A stretch of 64,000 bases of DNA, taken from contig JAIVFI010000008.1 of assembly GCA_025558095.1 (NCBI GenBank), forward strand, positions 62,001-126,000, given 5' to 3'. Position 1 is the stretch's first letter, and each line of letters opens with the position of its first letter. Position numbers and translations under genes: made by a program. This document shows, in pieces, positions 20,801-30,249 of the stretch. This DNA is from Hyaloraphidium curvatum SAG 235-1. Taxonomy: Eukaryota > Fungi > Monoblepharomycota. The notes beneath the pieces were generated by a model. The model was not told the DNA's origin and searched no databases. It saw only the letters and a program-made list of their open reading frames with translations.

Positions 20801-23800
20801 CGAGTTCGTGGCCAGGGTCAAGGACCTGCTCCGGCCGACGCCTGCTTCGGTCCAGCGCCACGGTCTGAACCGCGATCGCCTCCTCATCTATTTGGAGTCG
20901 AACACCTCGAACCTCGGCGGCGCGGGTCAACCCGTCGCCGCGCCTTGGGAGCAGGCCGCACCGAGGGCGGACCAGATCACCCCGATCACGAGCAACCTCG
21001 CGGCGCCAAACTTTGGCGGCACGGCCAGGGACGCCGTCTACTTGCTCCAAAAGCAACGCTTCGAGGTCGATCGGCGTGCCAAGGGCGCGGCCAAGACGAC
21101 CAACCAGACCCTGCGCGACTTTATCAGGTTTGCGGGAAAGGTGGAGCCGGACGGACGGCGGATCGCATTCGGAGGAACCTCCAATGGTCGGTGGTCGTCC
21201 CGCTGCACATGTCGCTTCCATCCCCGCTGATGTCGGCGCCGCAATCCCGCAGTATTGGCGGAGAAAAAGGCCGGGCACGTGGCCAGCACTCTGCGCCTGA
21301 CGGTCGGCATGCTCGCCAGGCTTGCGGAGCTGGTCCGGGTCCGCCTTCAAGGCCATCAGGATGCCGTCGAAGTTCGCCTCGTCCTCGGCGAGGCCGACGG
21401 TCACATCATCGCGGACGCGGCCGAGGACGCCCGCCAAGCGCAGGGCAACGACACAGTCGTCCGCGTTGCGGTCTCTTCCGACAGGGACCTGCTCTACATG
21501 TCGACCGAGGCCACCGGCATCAACGGCCTCCTGGACCTGTTTGACGGCCCCAAGCGCCGCAAGGGGCGGACCATCCCGCCGGCCAAGGGCCTGTACTGGA
21601 AACCGGACGTGCTGAAGTCGCTGGGGGTTACCGCCGAGCAGCTCAAGGCGAGCGTGCTCATCTCGGGCTCGCACAACACGACCGGGAGCTTCATTGTGGG
21701 TCCCTCCGTGCCGCGCGCGGTTGGTGTTCTCGGATTCTGACCCTTGATGGTCCTCTCCAGGGTGCCGTCAAGGTGCGCGACCTCCTCAAGGCCGGCATGC
21801 CCGACCGCGGCGCCGAGGACAACTACATGATCGCGGCCATCAAGTACCTGCACGCCCGACCGGCCAAGGAGGTCTCCAAGCGCACCAGGGAGGTGCTGGC
21901 CGACGGCAGCGCGCACCGGACCGAGCTGGTGCGGGCCTACAACGAGACGGAGGGCCTCGATCCCGCCGGCCAACCGCTCATCCGGCTTAGAGTGCCTGTT
22001 GGACCCTTCCGCCCCCCGCCCGGCACGCTGTTTCCAAAGGTCAACGGGCAGGGCGTGCCGCTCGCCGAGGCCTTTGCCGGCGTGGGGATGACCAGCAAGA
22101 CGATGGATCGCCTCCGGCGGGAGATTGACAAGCTCGATGACAAGATCGAGGCCGGCGGTGCCACAAGGGAGATGGAGCGCCTCGAGAGAGAGCGGACCGA
22201 GCTGCGCGGGATCATTGCCGAGCAACGGGGTCGGTACGGGCTTTGGAAGAAGTACTCCACGCTCAAGGTGCGTGGTGTCGTCGGACCGACGCAGCCCACA
22301 GATGATGATCGGTTTCTGACGCGCCACTGTCGCCCGCAGGACTCCTTGACTGCTGCTGTGCCCGCCGTCCCGGATTCCCAGCCCCGGCCGGCGACTGCGC
22401 GCGAGGCCATCAAGCAGCGCATGCACGCCGGCCTGCAGGGCGTGGCCAAGCGCTGCAAGGCCGGCTTCAAGATCCGCGAGGAGCGCGAGGAGGCCGCCGA
22501 GAACCACGCCCGTTCAGCCACAAAGACGTTCACGGATACAACGTCTGGCAAGATCTACCTCGCCGGCAAGGCGCCCATCGACGTGCTCGTGCGCGGTCCG
22601 GCGCAGCCGCCCGCTCCTGCACCGCCGCCGCCGCCCGCGCAGGACGCGCCGCCGACACCTGTTGCGGACGTCGAGATGGCCGACGAGGAGGCCCCGATCA
22701 AGAAGAAACCCGTGAGCAGGAAGAGGAAGGGGAAGGATCTTGCCTTCAGGACCACGGCCAAGGACCGCAGCGAGTCGGAGGAATCCGAAAAGGACGACGA
22801 GGAGGCAACCCGCGGTACAACCAACAAGGAACCGACGCCGGTCGGCGCCGCCATCGTCACCGTGCCCGGGCCCCTGCTCGCCAACCTCGGGACGGACGGA
22901 TGGGTCGAGGGGATGACCCACTTTCGGCGCCTGATCCGGGCGGGCGGCGAGCCTTCGGCGGCCGAGGTCGCCCAGTTCATGGACGGCAGGCTCCCCGACG
23001 AGGCCGAGCTGCTTGAGCGGGGCAACCTCATCGGCTTCCTCGACACGGCCTGCACGACGACGCAGCGGGCCCTCATGCTCTGCTACGCCACGCTGCGCGT
23101 GGTTCTGGATCCGTACCTGGCCATGGGTAGCAACAACCGCGCGGCATGGTTTCCACAACCCGGCGTAGACGAGCTGCCGGTCTTTGGCAAAGTTGGCGTG
23201 ATCTATCGTACGCTCGAAGCCGTGGCCCTGGCGCTGCGCGTGCCACCGGATGCGCTAGCGCAGACCAAGGATGATGCAGGGGTAAAGATCCGCCACTTTC
23301 TTCTGGGCCTGGACCGCCAGCTCAAGCTACTGGAAGCCGCACATCTGGATCCCCCCGACATCGTCTCTAGGCTTACTGCCGCGGCCGAGAAATCCACATC
23401 CAATGCCCAACGGACCCAACTGGCCGGGTCCCTGAGCACTCTGAGTGCAGCCTTCCACGACCTCGGCACCAGGCTTTTCCCGGGCCCCCTACCCAATCCA
23501 AAAGCCCCCGAGATCAAAAGCTGGCATCTGCGCAGCATCCTCCTGCTCGCGCCCTTCTCCTCCTTCGTCACCCCCCGAACCGGCAACCAGGAAGAGGACG
23601 TGACCGTGGCCGACATCCGGCCCCCCGCCCCAAACCCGATCGGCCCCCCAGTGCCGTACGATCTGACCGGCGTTGCGTCGCTCGTGGACGACGACAAAAT
23701 GTGGTACCGCACTTCCCTCGGCAGTTCCGCCTTCGCACCCTCGGTGCTGGCCGTGCTGGGGATTGTTGGCGGCGCCGCTGGTCTCCACGGCGAGGACTTT

Positions 23801-26800
23801 GTTGATTCCGTGGAACAAGGGGTCCGCCAGCACCTTGCCGGCATCGAGCCAAAGGTCAGAGGCAACCCTCTCGACGACAAGCGGCACTGGCTGTACGGCG
23901 ATCTGTCGACATTCGACCCCGATCTACCAACAACATTGATCCTGTGCAACTGCCCCAAGGTCTCCGTGATCCTCGGCACGAGATTCCACTTGGAGAACCC
24001 GACCAACAGGATGCTCGTGGCGTCCGTCAACGCAGTGGCCCTGGATCGGCTGCGCGTCCGACTCGACGAGGCCGAGAGCCGCCGGAGCGTGAGTCTCTCG
24101 AGGCTGCCTGCCCGGCAGCAGGTTGCTGACGCGCAAGCTCTCCGTCGACAGCGCGACGGCGAGGATGCGGGTCTGCAGGCCGAAGTTGCGGCGTTGAAGA
24201 AGGCGATCGAGGACATCGAGGCCGAGATGACGATCCTCAAGGAGGGAAACACGGTCGCCCCGACCGGCGATGCGCGCTGGGACGCCGCCCAACGAGCTCG
24301 CAAGCGCGTGCTCGGCAACATCGTCTTTTCCGACGTGCAGAAGCTCTGCCCGAACATCTTTGTGAGACACAGCAACGGATCCTTGGGCGGCGTTTGGCTG
24401 ACTTTTACTTGCCGCAACAGAGAGCAAAGGACCCAGGCGCATCCGCCGGCGGCGGCTCCAACAACGGCTCTGACAACGGCAGCGACGACACCGACGACTG
24501 CTGCTGTGATGACTGCTGCCGGGCATTTCTGCCCCCCGCGGACCCCAGCGACGCAGCCGAGAACGACCGCCGCCGCCGCATCATGGACATCCACCGGCTC
24601 CTGCAACTTGAGCTCCTCCGACATGACCTGCGTGCATTCAAGCCGGGGACCGTGATCGGCCTCGGCCGCAACCTCCGCCGGCTGCTCACGGCCGTCGGCG
24701 GCAATCAGCAGGAACTGCGCCTGCATCCTCTCGGGTTCGCAACCGGCGGCGTGGCGCAAGTCAGGATGCGCGACAGCGCCGGCGCCGTCGTCGACTTCGA
24801 GGCCATCTTTGCCCCCCACCCGGTCGCCGGCGTCAAGATCCCCTCGCACCTCGTCGACTCGCTGACCGCCCTCGCACTCATCCCCGAGCCGCGCCCGCAC
24901 GCAGCCGCCGGCCACGATGCCACCGGCGCGGCTCGACCCGACCTCTCTTCTCGCATCCGCTCCGCCGCCTCCCGTGCCGTGGACAACGTGCTGGTCGACG
25001 CGTGCACAACGGGGCTGCCTATGAAGGCGGACATTGTTCTGGCTGCAGGCCGCCGCGCCGATGTGCCCGAGGACCTGATTTCCTTGGCTACCAGAGACAG
25101 TTCTGCGGCGCTGTTTAAGGACTTTGCTGGTGATCATTTCGCCGCGGTCTCCAGCCTGACCCTGCGCAACGTCAAGAACGGCGTCAAGGCCCTGGCCAAG
25201 GCCAAAGCTTCCGCCGCGCTGACTGGCCAGGCCACAGGCGCGGAACCCAGTGGCACCAACAGGGCAGCTCGTGCCCTCCGATCCCTGACATATCGTCTCG
25301 CCATCGTCTCCAACCCGCGCACCGCCGAGGCCGGGGAGGACGAGTCGGATGATGAGGGCTCCGACGACGAGGGAGACGGCGAGGCCGCGGCCAGGGATGA
25401 CCGCGACACCCTCTCCAAGATCTACTGCGCGCCACTTGAGCTGGAGCCTATCCAGCAGGACATTGCCGGTCTTCGGGCGCTCCACGCGGATTCGGACGAC
25501 GCGCTGCAGCTCATCGCCAAATTTGAGGCCATCCTGATCTCGGCCGAGGTAGACGAGCCCCGCCTGCGCACCATCGACGCCATCCGGGCCACCATAGGCA
25601 GCACGGGCTCCGAGTTCGAGCCGAAGGACCTCGAGCCACTGCTCCTCGTGCGCCAGGCCGTGGCGGACGGGAGCGTGCGCCAGCGCATCATCCCCCGGCT
25701 GCACACGGGCGATCGGTTCGTGCCGGTGAACAGCACCATCTTTTCCAAGGTGGTCGCAGCCTACGTTGGGCACGTGGTGGAGACCACGAAGCCTGCCAAG
25801 CAGGATCAACTCGCGCTCCACGACCTCCTCCAGCGATGGGATCTGCATGAACTAGCCGGAGCAGTCGATCAGCGCAAGACCTCCATCGGGTATAGCTACC
25901 CAGTTTCCGAGACGCGCATTCTACTGAGGAAGCTCCTCCACGGCATCGAGGAACTCGCCAAGGGCCGGCCACGATCGGACACTCAACCTGCCGTCTCGAT
26001 TTCCACCACCCCCGAGCCGGATCGCGCGCCGCAAGGGGCGGGCGTTGGTGCCGGTCAGGCGCATGCAGGACCTTCAGCTGATCCGCCCGATCCCGCCGCC
26101 ACGGCGCCGACCACCCCCCGAGACCGCCTCCTACTCCGAAGCGCGAACGGCTTCCTCAGCAACGGGCACGCGACGCGCATTACCTACCACAAGCAGCACC
26201 GCCCTTACGGATTCGACCGACTTGGCGGCGTTCGCACGCACGCCAAGGTACGCTGTCTGCACCTCGTCGAGGCAGACCATCTGCGCACCTGACACTGCCT
26301 TTCCCACGCAGGAGACCCCGAAGCACTGGAAATGGCACAGTTACTGCAAGAACTGCGAGACCGACGGCAACGACGAGTGCGACCGAGCGTTCCCGGCGTG
26401 CTCGTGCGTGTTCAGCACCCTCGCGCCCGACGGCTTCAGCTTCCTAACGTTTGGTCCCTCCCCAGGTCGTGCAAGGACAAAGGCCGGTCCTGCGTCTACA
26501 GCACCGCGTCATGCGAGCAGTGCCAGAAGAAGAACAGGGTGTGCGACGGCGTCATGCCGCAGTGCGGGTGAGCGTCCCTTGCTTCGCCACTCGCTCGGGG
26601 TCCGCGTCCCCGAAACTGACGTCCGCTTCCCTGCACCGCCCACCACAGCTTCTGCGAGCGCGATGGCAACAACGGTTGCACCTGGGAGAACGTAACGAGC
26701 CCCGCTGAGTTCCACGACGTCACCGCGGGCCGGTTCGAGCGCGAACTGCTCAAGCTCGCGGGGAGCTGCAAGGTCGAGCCCGGCAGGCCCACGCCGGGCG

Positions 26801-27967
26801 CCGCGCGCACGAGCAAGTTTGCCCGCATCGTCGTGACGGAAGGGGAGCTGTGCAGCAAGCCCGGGAGCGCGATGGCCGGCCAGCCGGGCGTGCAAAAGGC
26901 CGATAAGGGCGGCAAGCCGAGCATCTACTTTTTCAACCACGAGCACTCGGAGGGCGCCGCCAAGGGCGCCGCACTGCGCGGAATCTTCGTCAGCATGGAC
27001 CCGGGCACCGCGGGCTACACCTTCACCGTCACGGCCTTCATCGAGAGCCGGGAGCAGGGCGGCAAGCTCGAGCAGCTGACGGTCCACAAGAAGTTCGCGC
27101 CGCTGTCGACCAAGGAGTTCGGCGCGCAGGACGAGAGCGAGCGGTCGGCCGAATGGTGGGCCGCGCACGAGCGGTTCTCGGAGGGCATGAAGGGCGTGTC
27201 GCGCTCGCCGTATCCGTTCGACGGCCAGCTCGCTGGTGGGTGTTCGCGCACCTATAACTCGGCGCGTTCCTGATCCCCATATCTGGCACCCAGCGGCGAC
27301 CTTCCTCGACAACGCCGGCGTACTGTACAGTCGCTCCCAGAGCCGCAGCGCGCGGATGGCCAAGGAGCGGCTCGCGCGCGCGGGGCAGGCGCGGAAGGAC
27401 AGCATCGTGAACTGGATCCTGGCGTCGTGCGACGCCCTGTGGCGCCGCAAGACGTACATAGAGGCCTACAACAAGGCCGTCGACAACGCGCAGGTGGACT
27501 GGGAGGGCAACGCGCCGAGCAAGGAGCGGCTGTCCAAGATCCGGGACGAGGCCCACGCGCGAGGCAACGCGGCCGTCGCCGCCATCGCCGAGATCCCCAA
27601 CCCCATCGTGTTGTGCGGTGCAGGCCAGGGGTCCAGCTCGCGGATGCCGTACCACGGCGGGATCGCCCAGTTCCTGGCGAGGCACTTTCTCGTCGTCATG
27701 CTGGGCGAGTACACGACGTCGCAGATCTGCCCGACGTGCCTGGCCGAGCTCAAGCCGTACCCTCTCGAGAGCGGGGATGTCGAGCACAAGGTGTGCCCAA
27801 ACTGCAGGGGACATTCGGACAAGGGCGAGATCCTGGGCAAGCTCGTGCTCAACAAGAACCGTTCGGCGACCCTGTGCCTGCTACGGATCTTTCTGCACAT
27901 TCTCTCGACGGGCTCGAGGCCGGCATACAGGTTCACCCACCCTGCCGCCCTCCGCAACGCCGGATAA
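17897..27967 (+). CDS. Giant (~3,100 aa) multidomain Fanzor1/TnpB-like protein: TM-TM / UBL-UBL(GG) / NLS / FEN1-XPG PIN nuclease / unknown / Fanzor module with 2x Zn2Cys6 insertion
   Basis: Exons 17897-18862, 18914-19043, 19117-19574, 19636-19926, 19983-21186, 21253-21695, 21761-22267, 22340-24361, 24421-26247, 26312-26403, 26466-26567, 26649-27235, 27294-27967. All junctions are GT-AG (51-81 nt introns) and phase-compatible, totalling 9303 nt. Motifs: RuvC-I FVSMDPG, IVLCGAG, RuvC-II MLGEYTTSQICPTC, CPNC, RuvC-III-like LNKNRSA; PIN motifs YVDG, GEAD, SSDRDLL. Confidence 0.75.
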
Positions 27968-27969
27968 AA

Positions 27970-28200
27970 GAACCCGGCATTTACCTGACACAGGTACGTG
28001 CCACCGTGCCCTCTTTTCTCCCTTCCCTTTCCTCACGAGGTATCTCTGCTTCACTACCTCCATACATGTTTAACTCTTCCAGGCCGGCAAGTCTTGATGG
28101 TTGAGTCGCCGGAAGATCAACAGCCGAAGCTGCGTCCGGGGTCTCCGGAGGTGGTCCATCAAACAAGTGTAATGTCGGCGTTACTAAACTGAAGCGCGGA
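27970..28200 (+). ncRNA. Candidate Fanzor omegaRNA scaffold (with possible guide from ~28179)
   Basis: Directly 3' of the Fanzor-like ORF, with nested complementary segments: 27974-84/28169-78, 27982-87/27991-96, 28037-42/28055-60, 28094-100/28156-62, 28101-07/28115-20, 28121-24/28129-32, 28135-39/28145-49. Confidence 0.5.
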
Positions 28201-28379
28201 CATGATGGATAGCCGCGTCATCCCATGCGGCAAGGTCGTCAGCCGTTCGTTCGTTTAGGCTCTCGGACTTTGCCGCCAGCTCACCGCCAGCTGGCGCTCC
28301 CACCTTGCCGCCGCAACGGAAACAAAGGACCTCCCCCGCCCCCGCCAGCGTCTCGCCGCCTCTCCCTCATCCTCGCAAG

Positions 28380-30096
28380 ATGGCCGCCACCCGTGTCTCG
28401 CAGAAGCTTACTGGCGTGAGTTTCGGCTGCGTGGGCGCGAGGAAACGGACACGGTTCCCGGACACGTGGGACGGAGCGTCAGCGGAACGCCGCGCGCGAG
28501 GCGCGACGGAGCGGAATCGGTCTCGTCCTGTTTTATCCTCTTCACGATGTGCTGCGGATGTCTCCGGCGCTGGATTCCGCCGGCGAGCTGTTCTTCCCGG
28601 CCGCTTCACTCTGTCTCCCGCGGCGGGCCAACTCACTGCTGTCCCCCTTTCTCCCTCAATCTCTCCCTCCGATGACCATCAATACGCCGCCATCTCTCGA
28701 ACCATTCGACCGCGCAGTTTGGCAAGCCCCTCGAGAAGGTCGAGGAGCCCGCGCCCACCCCCAAGGGCGGCGAGGTCCTGCTCAAGGTCACCTCCGCCGG
28801 AGTGTGCCACAGCGTGAGTCGCCGGCGCTGCCGCGCTGATCGGACTCTTTCTGATAGTTTGCGTTGCCGAATCAGGACCTCCACATCCAGGTCCGCGGTT
28901 CCGGCTACCCTGATCAGGACCCGGCTGACGTCCCCCCTCCAGGATGGCCACTTTGACCTTGGTGGCGGTGCCAAGCTCGACATTGCCGCTGCCGGCATCC
29001 AGCTTCCCATCGTGATGGGTTCGTCCGTCTTTGCGCGGACTTGGTACCTCGAGGACTCACTCCTCCTCCTCCTCCTCCTCATTTCCCAGGCCACGAGACC
29101 GTTGGCGAGGTCGTCGCGGTCGGCCCCGACGCCGAGGGCAAGGTCGAGATCGGAAAGAGGTTCATTTGCTACCCCTGGATCGGGTGCGGCGAGTGCGGCG
29201 TCTGCAAGTCCGGCAACGAGAACATCTGCTCCTTCTCCCGCAAGGGCCTCGGCGTCGCCTCGGACGGCGGCTACTCCACGCACATCCTCGTGCCCGATGC
29301 CAAGTACTGCGTGCCCTTCTCGGGCATCTCGGAGGAGTTCGCCGCCACCCTGTCCTGCTCGGGCATCACGGCCTACTCGGCGATCCAGAAGGCCCTCCAG
29401 GGCCTCGGCAACGGGTTCAACGAGCAGGACAAGCTCCTGATCATGGGCGCCGGCGGCCTCGGGATGCAGGGGATCAAGATCTGCCGCGCGCTGTACCCGA
29501 ACTACAAGCCCTCGGTGGCCGACATCGACCCCAAGAAGCGCGAGGCCGCGCTGGCCGCCGGCGCTGCCGAGGCGATCGACCCCGCCAACCCGGAGCAGAC
29601 CGGCCCCATCGCCATGGGCGCCATGGTGCGTGGATAGCTCCCGTAGCTTGAGCTCTGATTGCTGACGCTATGCTTCCGCGCAGACCGGCCAGGGAGGCTT
29701 CGCCGCCATCATCGACTTTGTCGGTGCCGGCGCGACCGTGCAGGGCGCCACCGCCCTCCTCCGCCGCGGCGGCAACCTCATTGTCGTCGGCCTTTTCGGC
29801 GGAGCCTTCCCGCTCTCCACCGCCATGCTCCCGCTCCGCGCCTGGAAGGTCCAGGGATCGTACGTCGGCACGCCGCAGGACATGAAGGAGCTCGCCGAGC
29901 TCGCTGTGGGTTGCCTTGTCTGCTCCATGGCTCGATCCACACTGACTCCGTCTTCCCGCGCTCCTTGCAGTCGGCCGGCAAGGTTGAGGAGATCGCAATC
30001 GTCAAGCACCCGCTTTCGGACGCCAACAAGGTCCTCGACGACCTCAAGGCCGGCAAGATCGTCGGCCGCGCCGTGCTGAAGCCCGCGGATGCCTGA
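28380..30096 (+). CDS. Zinc-dependent medium-chain alcohol dehydrogenase, multi-exon
   Basis: Spliced AGVCHSDLH, GHETVGEV, CGECGVCKSGNENIC, CSGITAY, GAGGLG, GKIVGRAVL. Confidence 0.92.
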
Positions 30097-30249
30097 GCGT
30101 CCAAGCAGATCCCATGTGTGATCGGACCAATATGAATGGCTTCTCGGAGGCGATCGTATCGTGGCGATAGAGGGAAGTCGGTGACGGTTAGCGAGGCGCC
30201 GTGGTGGCGGGAGACAGCCACGTCCCCATCGCATCCCCACTCCACCGAG

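Noticed and set aside
18777-25848. Very long minus-strand ORFs (18777-21674, 965 aa; 23203-25848, 881 aa)
   Set aside because: Antisense shadows of the GC-rich plus-strand gene. They have no recognisable motifs, while all splice signals and domains are on +.
27236-27967. Stand-alone small TnpB gene (243-aa ORF)
   Set aside because: The ORF's GTG start is a splice donor; RuvC-I lies in the upstream exon and the frame continues 5' through phase-compatible introns.
17420-28195. Possible terminal inverted repeat TTCAGTT (~17423) / AACTGAA (~28187), and a CTAA Helitron-like 3' end at ~28184
   Set aside because: Only a 7-bp match, no target-site duplication and no matching transposase or Rep-helicase seen; not distinguishable from chance.
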